Positions 1-13,398 of a stretch of DNA of 64,000 bases are shown here, piece after piece (the first letter of the stretch is position 1; each line of letters starts with the position of its first letter). Where the stretch lies: the NCBI GenBank assembly GCA_964035545.1, contig OZ037767.1, positions 23,824,628 through 23,888,627 of the forward strand, written 5' to 3'. The translations under genes were made by a program, and so were the position numbers. Source of the stretch: Bugula neritina (lineage: Eukaryota; Animalia; Bryozoa). The notes beneath the pieces were generated by a model. It was not told the origin of the DNA. It searched no databases and was given only the letters and a program-made list of their open reading frames with translations.

Positions 1-551
1 ATCATTCTGCCTGACTTCACATTTTCTGCATGTAACTTATGATTCCAGCGACTTCGCATAATATAGCTGTTTCAAGGCATACGGCATATATGTTTTGTTT
101 TATAATTTGTATATTTAGGGTCAATTATTGAGTTTGAAGTTGATTATATGTTATCAGTGTTGCACTTTTCTATATTATAATTTTTGCAACTGAGCTCATA
201 ATCAAGCAGCCATTGTAGTTGGTTAATTCTTTCTTCTATTACAAAATATTTATCGCTTTTATTTCATACAGATGGGAATTCGGTTTTTGCATTACAAAAC
301 CAATTGACTATTTGAGGTTTTATTCTTGACATGCGTTTCTTTTTTGCTTCGATCTTCCGTATTTAAGGTTTTTCGTTAACTGTAGCTGGTGAAGACAACT
401 CTACAAAAGCTGTTCTATAGTCACGGTTGTTTACAGTGCATGTTTAAATAAACTGAATAAAACCACTGATGTTACGCTATAACTTTTCTATGTCATAAAC
501 TCAAAATATAATACATATATGTTTATCGGGCTGATTATTTTGTGTTTGTAG

Positions 552-1891
552 ATGCTAAGAATTCAAGATGTGGAAAAACTTCGCAAGAAAAGAAAAATTG
601 ATTGGATGAAAAAGCTGTAAGTTTTGCAGTTCTTGTCTAACAATTGATGCATTAGTCAGTGCAACTGCTCTATATCTGTAAATCATCATTTTACTGACAA
701 ATTTTATTATTTTAAAGTCTATATAAAGTATTTTATCTTTGCAGTCCAAATTTGTTTTTTTTTCTTGGAAACTATGGTACACAAAACGTCTTTAAATTAA
801 TTTTATGCACTTTTCAAGTACATTTTGGTGCTTGCTCTAATAAATTTAAAGTGCCAAAATTTCTATAAAGAGACTAGCTTAGCAAATATGTATTCCCGCT
901 ATGCACATGCTATAGTGTTATGTTAGACTTCTACCTATTATACAATAATGTACCATTAATTATAATATATACTAATATACTATTAGTATATATTATACTA
1001 TTAGTATATATTATACTCTTAGTATATTATACTACTATCACACTATAATACTAGTTTCTACTATACAACTGATCAGGTATAAAGAAGGAATGCTGAAGGC
1101 AAAGACGGCTGATCCTGACACAATGGCGCTGGTAGAGGGCGCCACAACCGGCATGGTGGCCACTCTAGAACTGGAAGGAGAGGAGGCCGTAGCCGAGTGG
1201 GAGGTTAGACTCATGTGTTTTCCTGCCAAATGTTTTACAGTTCTGTTTTGTCTGAGTTATATAGTCTAATTTTGGAGTAGATTACAAAGTTATTTATAAT
1301 GCTTTTTAGAGCCCTACATAAAATTAATTAACATGTTCATTGACAAAAGCTACCATTAAATTTTGTCCTCTTAAATATAAGGAATTATACTTTTTCGGAG
1401 GTAACTAAAAGCAATATATTTCCTAATTACTAAATTTGTATACCGGCTAATCACTGTTGAAATTATTTTCTCAAACTACATTTAATATAGAAGATTGAGC
1501 TTGATTGAATTCACTAAAGATGTATGTATGTTACGTCATTGTGTAAAGCAACTAAAAAGAGAGAACGTATATAAAAAGATATTTGCTAATCCCTGCCCTG
1601 TATTGTGAAGCAGTTTTATTAATGTAGCATTAAGATTTCCTGTGCAAGTCTTGAAATTTCTTCCAGGTTGATGAGCTCCTGGATTGGACAACCAGTTTGA
1701 ACTTTGAAGATTACGTTACATCCTGGAAACAAGTGGGCACGAGCTCATTATCCGAGACTACAGTGGAGAAGAGGTACTTTTTTACTTCCAACGGTAAAAC
1801 TGGTGATCATAGAAATACAGAGTCTTTGCCAGTGAACAAGGTCGTACAAGAACATATTAAACCTTCTACAGCAGAAGGCACTGTTAGATAG
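552..1891 (+). CDS. C11orf65: C11orf65 / MFI (mitochondrial fission factor interactor) homologue, last three coding exons; 5' exons not identified, probably upstream of the window
   Basis: GT-AG exons 552-616, 1077-1203 and 1667-1891 join in frame: ...LRIQDVEKLRKKRKIDWMKKLYKEGML...EAVAEWE|VDELLDWTNQLNFEDYVTSWKQVGTS...stop. This matches the recalled C11orf65 C-terminal signature (KRKIEWM..Y; EWEVDE.L.WTN.LNFDEY..SW). Confidence 0.85.
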
Positions 1892-2906
1892 CGTTATATT
1901 TTTGGACTCGATGCTTCAAGCTTATAGGATTGTTTTACTAACCTCTCAAGTAATTCTGAATTATTTTATTTCAACAGCAGTTCCATCCTGTGCGGCTTTC
2001 ATATTTAAAATCAATATATAACTTTGAAGTTGCTATCTAACTTATTAATATGGCTACTGGTGGTTTTACAGGTAATGAGTATTACATTGTTTTAATCAAA
2101 GTGTTTGATACTAAACTACACACTGTGTTGCTATCAAGTATGTATCGTATATTTTTGTAATTTGAATAATATATTATATGACCAAGTTTATGAGCAATGA
2201 GTGTTTTGAGATTTGTCTCCTCATTAGCACACGACATGTACAACATAACTGTACAATAATATGTTACTATTATATAGTATTATTAATAAACTAGTAAAGC
2301 ATTCAAACATTTACATGCCAGATGTGTAAAATAGTTATTGGAATACAGAGTATTGTTATAATAATATTAACTGCAATATGACATCATTTTAAATTATTAT
2401 GTAATAACTCATATTTTTCGAAAATGACAACGTAAACAGGTGCATATGCTTATGCATGGTGCTTTATAATTTCTAACTACTAAATTTATATGTAGAAACA
2501 TGCTGCAATGAAGTTTCAGGTATAATACACTGCAGGTAATGTATTTATTGCAGGTAATGTGCTGCAACATTCTCAGGCTTATAACAATTAGCACGGCCAA
2601 TGAAACAAAAACCATTATGTCAAGCAGATTGGGTCTGTTTACTTCAAAATTATGGATAAATATTTACAAATGAAGCTAAACATTAGGGATTAGCTTAATT
2701 CACCCACTTCCTGGTATTAATTGTTTATGTGGTTTTGTGTTTACTGAGGGCCTGTGAATTGTAATTAACAATAGAAGTAAATACTCCTAATTAACTAAAA
2801 CTTATAATATGTGGTTAGATTAGCGGAGTGATAACATATAACATTAATTATACTTACTATATTATTTTTATATTAATTTAAAAGCTTAAAACTTAAAAGC
2901 AGCTGT

Positions 2907-2933
2907 TATATATATATATATATATATATATAT
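2907..2933. repeat. (TA)n microsatellite
   Basis: About 13 TA units read directly. Confidence 0.95.
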
Positions 2934-3601
2934 GAGCACATCCTGGTCTAGAGTGACCATATTGCTGGACTGGACTGGACATGACAGTTCATTACCATTT
3001 CATTACTCATATAGTTGTATAATAATAAATGGTTCTGAGACATAGTTTTGAAAATTGTATATGTTTATTTCAGCATCCTATTTGCTCTCTAAATTGTTAT
3101 TGTTGATCTAATAAAAAGCATGCTAAAATGTAAATAGTTCACAAATTCATTTTCTTGCTATAGTTTTCAAGGTGATTTTTAAACTCCTCAAACTTTGTTT
3201 GGAAGTTGCACATGCAAAATTTACACATTTTTTAATGTGTAGGTACTCAGTTTGAAAAACTGATCTTACTTTACGAACCCTGTACTATAAAGTTTTGGTT
3301 GATAGTATCAAACTATTCAATTTTCTAATTTGTCATAATCTAAACAAAAGTCAAAAATTTAAGCTGCTGATGTGCCATTTGGCTTCAATTTTTGTTGGAA
3401 GTGCCCTAGCTGTCAACTTCTTATTCTTCTATCCGGATAAAAAGTAGTAAGTCTACATGTCATGGCACTGGTTTCATATAGACAGCACTAGTCCTTTAGC
3501 AGCACATATGTCTATCAACTATGTACATCGTAAACAAGAATGTTATTTAAATGGGAAAGTCTGTTAGGATCATTATGGTTGGTAAGATATTAACTCTAAA
3601 G

Positions 3602-3795
3602 AAAACTCATTTATGTTTCAGCATAGTCACTATCTCTGTGAGAACCCCTGGCAGAAAGGATTTTTTAAGGCAGGCTAAGAGTTTATTTATATGTGACACA
3701 GAACCAATTATGATTGGATGCTCTTCCTAACACCACCAATGGCTTTTACTGGGAATCAAACTTATGACCTTGTATTTACACAACAGCTGCTCTCT
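3602..3795 (-). mobile_element. tRNA-derived SINE, degenerate copy
   Basis: The reverse complement (gagcagctg...ggtcataagtttgattccc...gccattggtggtgttaggaagagcatccaatcataattggttctgtgtc...aggggttctcacagagatagtgac) is colinear with the copies at 32753 and 35255. Confidence 0.8.
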
Positions 3796-6700
3796 AGGAT
3801 ATTGAAAAAGAGATTAACTTTAAAGAATTACTCTAAATTATTGTAAAACAGCTGTGGCACTATTGAGATTTAATCTTTATATAATTATTATTTAAGGACT
3901 TATATAATATTATAATAGCAGTCACCAACTGAAAAAACTATTAATATGTAATACATTCAGATAGTGACCAATTATTGCCATCATAGGAAGTTATCTTCTT
4001 TTTTGCAAGTTTTGTGTTTTCTCTGTTGTGGAGTTGGAAGAGTATAGTATAAGGTTAATTTTTTAGTCAGCAATTTTATTACACAGTTTTGCAGAGGAAA
4101 AATACTATATTAAAACTAATTTAATGACATATGATCTATATTAGTTGAAATAGCACGGTGTTTTATAATTCTAAATTCCTCTCAGCCCTATCAACAAATT
4201 CAAATGTGGATTGTATATTGGCTTTTGCTCACTGTAGCCATGGTACAGAAAAAATATTTTTCAACACAAAGCAGTTGAAATTATCTATAAAACCTATTAT
4301 AGCTAATGGACAGCAGTGCTTGTGTTAGTTTTTCTTGTAAGATTTGCCTTCTCTATGACTAACCATCTGTTTTACATGCAGCAGATACGAAGCATGTATG
4401 CATATCAATGTTTTTTTTCGTAACTATGGTTTTGTGCTGTTTCTAATTTTATCACCTTATTGTGTAATTCAATTTTTAGGACCTTGAAAACCTTTCCAAA
4501 AATAGGAATGCTTATCACAAAATCAAAGCCACAATTGAATAGAGCCTATTAAATCTGTGATAAAAACTTGCAAGTCATGTTTTGAATTATATAAATACAA
4601 ATTGACTATTGGCACTATCATTTAAAATTGGCAGTTCTTACTTATAAATAACATATATTGAAATGTTTATTGCTTTTGAAAAATAGATTTTACACTAAGT
4701 CCTTGATTTTGAACTTTTTTCTAAATTGAGCGTTTATGTGAGAGAAAGCTCAATAAAACCTTCACTAGTGCAGGTGTTCTCAAGCCTACATTTTCCAAGC
4801 TCAATTCTTGATTTTTTTTAATAAAATTTTTCCACTCAATTTTTGCTTAGCACAGAAAGCTCACACATTAGTTGTGGTTGTAAATAGCAAGTACATGTTA
4901 TGTTGTAAAACTAAAATGGAATTCCATAAGCAATTACAGGCTAATAGCTCAATCAGAAAAGTGTTTGTGAAATTACTCTTTTGCTAGCTGTTATCAAAAT
5001 AGATTTTCAAATTTTCAACCATGCATGCAAACACACAATCATTTTTCAATTATTTCACTATATTCATAACTACAGGTTTAATTTATATTTTTGAACTTGC
5101 TTGAACTTGTTTGCGAAAAGAATTATGAAATGAAAATACAACAAGTACCTAGGCCTAAAGTAATGCATTTCATGCTATAGTAGCCAAAGCAAAATCTCAT
5201 TTTATCAGTTCATAACTTAACAGATTTGAAGTTCAACAACAACTCTTTGCAACCGGTAATAATAATGATATAAACATTTTATATTAACCTAAATTTTCTG
5301 ATTGGGTAACTTAATATAAAAAACTGTCTACAGCAAAAGAATAGCAGCAGCACTTGCAGTCCAAGGCTAATTGTTGCAAGCAGTGGCATTGTCAACAAAT
5401 TAAGTAAAAACTGTTCACACAATAGCCAAGGGATACATGGTCAGTTGACCAGCTAAAGCCCCAAGAATTTTAATACGCTATAATGCAAAATAATGTGACC
5501 ATAACCGCAAATTTAATGTCATTGCAACATGAATGAAACTTGCGTAGGGCAAGGAAGAGCTTTCCATCAATGCATGGTCAGACTTGAATAAAATCTGGGA
5601 TGTTTCACGTCACAGACTTCTAGAATTATATCTGTTTTTCTATAAAGTGTTTAGACTTTAGTCATATTTATCAAATATAATTGGTTATTTAAATGTTTAC
5701 AGTTTATTTAAATGCAGTGCAAATGCATATAGGTAGGGAAAGGCACTTTAACTCTAAATAAATTACAGCTATAAATGCAGCCTGTTGTATAAAAATTCTG
5801 AAATACTTTTAAATGCCACAAAAAGACAAAATAATCGCTTTATTGACAGGCTGATGTCGAAAATAGAAACAACTGTGATTAGTGGTTATCTTATTTAAAT
5901 ATTATCTGAATATAAATACATGTTTTCTGTATAGCCTTAGCTTTTAAGTTACAGTTCTAAATGGACGGTAGTCAGTACACTAAACTCACTGTAGCAAGTA
6001 TAGCTGAACAGCCTAGATTCTGCCATAGTACAGTAATACAATACCAGTGGCATTTACATTACAACAGATGAGACAATAAATGACATTTGCTGAAGCATTA
6101 CGTAATAATCTAAAGTATTATTCTTTTATATAGCCTACGGAGAGACAATGGCCTATTAGTTATTTAACATCAACCACAGTTACATACATTTATTACTATG
6201 TTGGCAAATTTAGCTTTTCCAATTAGTAGATAACGTTAACCTCTGGCCTCTTACATTTTGCAAATTGAAGTTATAAACCGCATTATTATTTACCAGGTTC
6301 TCAGTCTAGCTCTGAGCTATAGGTCTAAGTATTTCTATATTGACAGGGTTGAGATAAATTAAAAATTATTGAGCTATTTTGAATTTTAACTTTGCATAAA
6401 CAGTTTTAGTAGCGTGTGAAAAGAATTCTTCTTGAAAATAACCATGTGTAGATGTGCAAGGTACAAGCATAAGAAGTTGCCTTTCCATAAGTGGAAGCTC
6501 TTGCGCCCAGAAATAGACTTTTTCTTAAAATTTAAAACCTTGAATATTGATGTGCTTCAAGCCAAAATAAAGCTGCTTTATAGTCAACTATCTTTGTTTC
6601 ATAGAAAATAATTCTTTTAATATGCCAAGAAAATATCATCTTTGCTTAAAACTAAAATTCAATAACCCTGTCACTCATGCAGACTTACACATTTACATAT

Positions 6701-7522
6701 TACTTAAAGTAACGTATTATGATTAATTTGTTCATCTTTAGGCAAAATGTGCAATAAAAAACTCAGCATGTGAAAGTTGATCATGTCCCACAAGCTACCC
6801 CATTAGCTAAATAGAATGACTATACAAAAATGCAAAATAAAAACTAGAAAATGCCTGCATTAGCTTGCCAGAATGCTAGATACTTGGCACTACAATCTCA
6901 TTTCGGAGATGTCACATGTCAGTGAGAGGGTTAGTAAGTGACTTAGTCTCACCATGCACATGGTGGCTTTCCATGCATAACATTCCCTGCAAAGTCAATC
7001 TTTGTGTTTTGAGAAATGAAGAACTTCTTGTAGCAATTATTAAAGTGGCTCAGGGAATTTGATGTTAATTACTGATCATGCTTTGATTAGCTGATCCGGG
7101 TAAGATGGTCTAATGTACAGGCTAACTTTTTCAAAACAAACAAAACCAATTTATTTTAGGTCAACATTGCTTTTTTTGTTAAAAACTTAAAGCCAAGTGG
7201 CTGCAGAAATGCAGTTCAATGCTTTCCTGTAGTGACTAAAACCCATGCTACCGTGCAGTAGATGTGAAGCATGGAAAGCTAATGATTGCGTGCTGCATAT
7301 TTCTGCAGGCCAGATATCAGTTTACAGTAGGCTACAATGCATTACAACACTTTCAATTGACGTTTTGGGAATAGTCCAAAAATCTAACAAGGTAGCCTTA
7401 GAGTTTATCGCAATTGTTAAGAGTCTATATAGGCATTCCCCTTTCTCCTTCTTTTTATAACAAAACAATATTTGAATGGTATCTTTTATAACACATAATA
7501 GAAAGCAAAACATTCCAGGCTC

Positions 7523-7621
7523 TCAGTTACGTGATGTACTCTCACATCATCAATCATTTAGAAGGAAAGTTTAGCCGCATAACGCTCTCTCTTGAAACAG
7601 CGTCAGCCGAACACAGTAAGT
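7523..7621 (+). promoter_or_regulatory. Candidate TSS and non-coding first exon of the sulfotransferase gene
   Basis: Inr-like TCAGTT at 7523-7528, then a CpG-containing stretch of about 90 nt ending in a perfect donor, ACACA|GTAAGT (7616-7621). The SULT ATG at 13399 directly follows an acceptor-like TTCCAG, so an upstream UTR exon is expected. Confidence 0.4.
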
Positions 7622-8322
7622 GTCGCATGCATGTTTTGGCTTTATTATTGCACAAACTTTGTTTTTTTGACAATTTTCATTAACGCACTTTTACAGTGTT
7701 GTTTTTAGCATACTTTTAAGGTTAATTTAGTAAGTAGAGCAACTATTGCTTGCTGGCTATGGCTACGTTGCTATGCTAGAAACAGACAATCGCTAGTCTT
7801 TTGCCATGTTCTGACTATTTTTCTCTAATAAGTTGAATTTGATGTGTAAAAATAAGCATTATGAAAGCTGAACGATTCTGTCCTCTCATTTCTGGTGGTT
7901 CACTTTTCACAGTGGGAAGTTGATTTCCAAAAGTTGTCTACAAAACTCAAGTTGTCCATTCTATGTGCAAGCTCAAATATAAATTTTTTGTTGTATAAAT
8001 TAAACTTTACCAATACGGAGGAGTCTAACAATTTCAACATACCTATTATATGCATGCAGTTACATGCTGTAAGCTTATATTATGCTGTATACATGTGTAA
8101 CCACAATACTGTATGTACCCAAGATGCACACACAATTTTTATATTATACGCAATGTATACAAACTGTAGGTCTGATTGATGTATTAATATGATAACAAGT
8201 ATGAATTCATATTGTGTATTTGCTACGTCTATTCTATACAGCAAATATTGTATTTGTTATGTGAAAGTATCATGGTTCATGAAGTCAGCATTTATTGTTT
8301 TCTTAATATTGTGGTAGTTGCA

Positions 8323-8425
8323 GCAATGGATAAAATTTAAAAAGCCTGTGTTCTAGATTAGAAAAGTAACAAAAGAAGTTATGTTCTCTCAAGAGTTTCA
8401 ACCCTCACCCTAAACAAAAATTTAT
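8323..8425 (-). repeat. Dispersed ~110-bp repeat family, inverted copy
   Basis: The reverse complement aligns by eye with 9988-10095, 11508-11618 and 30105-30212 (core cttcttttgtt...tctagaacacaggctttt...tccattgctgcaactacc). Confidence 0.6.
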
Positions 8426-9151
8426 AAAGCAATTTGAAGAACTTAAGCTATCTCAATTTCTCCACTACTGCTCGTAAATGATAAAATTCTCTCATAACAC
8501 CGGCTGAAGTTTTGAGCTTTACAGAGTCGTTTGGGTGCGGGATGAATCAGTTCCCAACTAATGCATGTTGCAACTTGAAAAGTTCAAGCTAAAGTCATAC
8601 AAATATAGTGTGGTAGTTGTTTGGTAAAGTGAACATTATTTATGATGATTATAAGAATAATTTGGTGATCATCTTCTCTTAATCTGCTTAGAATAAGATA
8701 TTATAGGCCTACTCAACTGCACAGTTGACTGCACATCTGCTATAAATAAATAATTAAATAACAAATTTATTATAAATAATAAACATTATTAGTTGATCAG
8801 TTGAGTATAGCAGTGTGCTGTCGGTATCCAGTTCAAGTCACAAGCATTTGGTGGGCAACAAAACTGTAGACATTAGCAAAGTTGCAGGCATGAGTGAGGT
8901 GAAAAGTTCCGTTATTTTTGACAGGCTTTTAGTGGACTTTAACTCACAGAAGGTATGTCTTATACTTTTGTTTAGATTAGGGAAGGGGGGGACAAGAATG
9001 GTGATCAGTATCAATACTTATATGTTATGTAACTATAGAGTGTAAATCATAGTTATTGATTGCCATCCAAATTCATGCTTGTACTATACTGTACTATTCT
9101 CAACTGCTACTGTCATAGTTATATAAAGTTTATACAAAGTCAACCAAGCAC

Positions 9152-9370
9152 AGCGCATAATAAAATAGCACAGCATAGTAAAATAACACAGCATAGTAAA
9201 ATAACACAGAATAGTAAAATAGCACAGCGCATAGTAAAATAACACAGCATAGTAAAATAACACAGAATAGTAAAATAACACAGCATAGTAAAATAACACA
9301 GAATAGTAAAATAACACCGCATAGTAAAATAACACAGAATAGTAAAATAACACAGCATAGTAAAGTAACA
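9152..9370. repeat. 18-bp tandem minisatellite (AGTAAAATAACACAGCAT), about 12 units
   Basis: Read directly; it explains the repetitive ORFs at 9060-9400. Confidence 0.95.
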
Positions 9371-9987
9371 GTTATTCCAATGAAGCCTTGTAAAATTCAA
9401 TCATTTATGACATGTCTCAAGTGCCAATGTGCTAATGATCTTTCACTGTGTCTCGTGCATTTATGTAATCAAAACTGGTTATGTAAGAATAATCTTTTGA
9501 CTTCAAGTGTGTTGACATCCGTTAACAAATTACTGTGCATTTAAATTCATTACTATACTGTATACTACGTGCATACATGCTATATACAGTTGTACTGTGT
9601 TATACTAAAGGTTATTTGGATCTAACCACTAGGCAGTTGGTTGCCATGACTACGCATATAATAGAATATTCTGATGTTAGTATATGATCATTAAAAACTG
9701 ACAGCAATTGCTGACAGCTAAGACTATTGAACAGCGTTGCTGTGAGATTTAGCTATTACTATTATAGATGGGCAGCATGACGGACGTGCACGTATGTATC
9801 TTTATTCTTTATTAGTCCGGGCATTACATGCATCTCTTTTCACTAATTGAATGTGATAGACAGTAAGTTCAATCTTCCACTAGTCGGAAAGCATAATGAT
9901 AGTAGCTTTGTGGTAGCATATTGTACATCTAGGTACAACAACTGAGAAACTTCAATACCCTAAGTTCTTTGATTCTCTTATAAATTT

Positions 9988-10095
9988 TGATGTGGGCTCG
10001 TGTTGAATTTCTCATAAGAACAACAGTTCTTTTGCTACTTTTCTTTTCTAGAACCTAGGTCTTTCTCAACTTCTCTATTACTGCACCTACCTCAC
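9988..10095 (+). repeat. Dispersed ~110-bp repeat family copy
   Basis: gatgtgggct...ttcttttgctac...tctagaacctaggtcttt...ctctattactgcacctacctc, similar to 11508-11618 and 30105-30212. Confidence 0.65.
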
Positions 10096-11507
10096 AAGCA
10101 AGTGAATATAGATTATTACTCATCAACTATTATTGTTCATGTAGCAGGTGTAGATATAGGTTAATGGCTACAATAAGAATAATAATGACAATAATAGAAG
10201 TAATGGTAATAATAATAGTTATAGTGAGCTGGATAACAACTCAAGCTTCCCTAAAGATGATAAGAACACAATTGGGTCAACATAATATGTAATAATAATT
10301 GCTCTGAGATTATAGGAGATGTGTGCTACCACATAGCATGCGCCACACACTCAACAATATGTAAAATGTTGGTTTGTAGCTTACAGGGCTCAACAGTTTC
10401 ACATGTAAATCTTCTAGTACACACTGTTACTAAATTCTTGGTAATAGTGAGGATGGTTGTGAGACAAAATGTAAAAGTACCGTTTCTATTTTATTAGTTC
10501 ATATATATGTATTTACATTGCATAGTGACTACATGCCTCCTAACATTGTATAGTAATAATGTAAGCAATAATTACTTATAGTATTAAAACTGATGACCCT
10601 AAAATTTCACAATACTGTGATTTATTGGAAAAGGCAAGAGATTATATGGATACCCAACTGTGTTTTAACTTAAATATAATGCCATGTCATGCGGTAAAAG
10701 ATTAGAAAAATGATGGTTTCAGATAAGTTTGGGAATTAATTTTATTTGTGCAACAATCAACAAGGTGGATGGTGTTGAATAATGACTGCACATAACTTGT
10801 TTTGTAATTGTCAATTGCTGCATTTCCGTAGGTAATTAATACACAATCATTACCTACTAGATTGTTTTTAAAATAACAATAACACAGTAAAAACATGTTA
10901 TTAAACTTAAACTTGACAGATAATTATAATTGATATAAGCATTGCCATTAACAACTAGCCAATTGGGTTGTTGCTTATTGTAAAGCTAGTGGCACTGCCC
11001 TGGTGTAAAATAGCTTGAAACACTGGCAGCTCATGTTTTTTATATTAAATATTTATTGGGCATAAGTAGCCTTATTCTTTATTAACAGACAGCTTGCTCA
11101 AATATATTATACTGAAATCAGATTTCCCAAATAATACTGCAAACCCATCATCTCTAATACTGATTGTATCAATTCTCCATGTTTTGTGATGGGTTAGCTT
11201 ACTGAACACCAATTTGGTTGTTATCCGTTTTCTTTAGCTGTTTTACCTCAACTGTTAAATCACCTGATTCATGCAATCATATTAGAACACAGTCCATGTG
11301 TAATGAAACGCTAAGATCTGGGAAATTAAGCACAACTTCTGATTTTCTCAACATCATATGTGATTGCCAAGTCAGCCTATAATTCAGCCTGCAGCTAACT
11401 TTACAAATTTGTTACACAAAACGAAGTAACATAATTATATACCATTTAGGTGTAACAGTGAAGAAATTTTAATATCCCCAAGTTCTTCAATTTTCTGACC
11501 TAATAAA

Positions 11508-11618
11508 TTTTGGTTTGAGATGCAGGCTGAAATTTTTACAAGAACATAGCTTCTTTTGTTAAATTTCCAATATAGAACACAGGCTTTTCTTAGTTTCTCC
11601 ATTACTGCACCTACCTCT
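11508..11618 (+). repeat. Dispersed ~110-bp repeat family copy
   Basis: ttttggtttgagatgcaggctg...cttcttttgtt...tatagaacacaggcttttc...tctccattactgcacctacctc. Confidence 0.65.
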
Positions 11619-13398
11619 TAAAAACTATTAAAATAACGCACAATAGAAGTTAGCATATTCTTCCAAGGAAAAGTAGCAGTTGTTTTTTGCTCTAAAAAAG
11701 CACTACTTAGGATATTTTGCAGTTTGAAATATCTCCAACAGCTCAATCACCATCAATTAGTCATTAAGGCCAAAGTGTGGGTGAAATACTAATAACTATT
11801 ATTAGCAACTTGTTCCTTATTTTAGAACATCACATCTAACCCTAACTTCAATGCTTTAGTGGTTTGTTGATCTGTATTACAGTTACTATTGTGTTAACAG
11901 CTTATCTGACTGTTCTCAAGAGGGTATGATTTTCCTTTTTGGGAAAAATAAAAGTAAAGTTGTAGCGTTGGGGTTACTCAACTTTGTTGGTTCTTACTAT
12001 TACATGCTTTGTGGGACTACACCCAGTTACCACCACAATGCTGCTTATGCTATTATAGCCTGCGTAATGTAACGTACTTGACACTTATATATTAGATGAA
12101 TCAACAATACAATATAATTATTGTTTTATGGAGGCTAGCTGTCATGATTTAACAAATTCAAGACATCCACCCAAAAACCTCAAACCATTGTTTTACTGAT
12201 TATTACATTTATTAACTCGATTAGCCTTTTTAATAGCTATAAAATTGTGTAATTGCTAAGGCTCAGGTTACCCAAATCCTTGAACTAAAGCAATGGAAAG
12301 GGGAATTTTCACACGAATATTAAATACAGTACTTATTTTTTCGAAAAAGCTTTCAGCTTTACTGATTTCTGGTTTCACTGCTTTATTTTCTAAACAGTAA
12401 GTACCTGCTATATAAAAAGGGGGCAGTAAAAATACAGGTTGTTTGATAGCACTGGTTGCAATTTAAAAAATAATACCTTTTCATAAACTTGTAAATCTTT
12501 TTATCAATAAGAAAAATCTTCTTTGCTTTTGGTGGAAGATTTATTACTGTGAGCAAAGCCTGTCAAAATAAATTCAAGCTTGCATAACGCTTGCAGACTT
12601 AAACACTGTATAAGATTTGACTATTCTTGTCTTTTAAGAACGCAGAAACTGTTTAATTGGAAAACAACCACAAATAAAATTTGCTTGAAGCTGCTCAATC
12701 AATCATGAAATCTGTTTAGATCAAAGAAAGTCTAATTAGAATATGTCCCAAACAAAACATAAATTCAATAAAACACAAAGAGCATTAGATTTGTGTAACT
12801 TTTCCTCACAACCTGTGAAAGGATTACATAATGCTATAGTTTGAATAGCCAGTTAGCTATTGAGCATTTATTGATTTGTTATCGATCTGATAATAACAAC
12901 ATAATGGTATTGGTTGTCAAAACAACTAATTTTTCAATAGCAGTGCATTCAAGTTTTGAAAGTCAATTCCCATGAAAAGGACACATCAGTACTTGTATTA
13001 TGTAGCATTCATTATCTAAGCAGTGATCACCTGCCAAGTTTTTAGCACCTGCACCTTGCAGTCTCAAGTGTTTTGTTTTAAATATTGTATCATTAGCCAC
13101 TACTTTTAAAAGAAAAATTCAATTATTTAAACTCATCAAGGTGTTGTTGACTTAGCTCCTGCAAGTTTGATGTTTGACCAAACACGAGATAGTTGTACAA
13201 ACTACAGGTGCAGTGGGTATGCTACCTACTGTAGTATGCATAATGCAATGACTTGAGTTTGCCTAATGTCTACTATTTCACTCGGCATATACCAGATTTA
13301 AGTTTAAAGCCCACACATTTTTTACCATAATTTCTTCTGTGACAAGGATGTCTACAGTTCATTTCCAATGCTGATTACTTGATGTCTACTAGTTCCAG

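Noticed and set aside
9060-9400. Repetitive hydrophobic ORFs (LFYYAV, CYFTML)
   Set aside because: Translations of an 18-bp minisatellite that is open in several frames.
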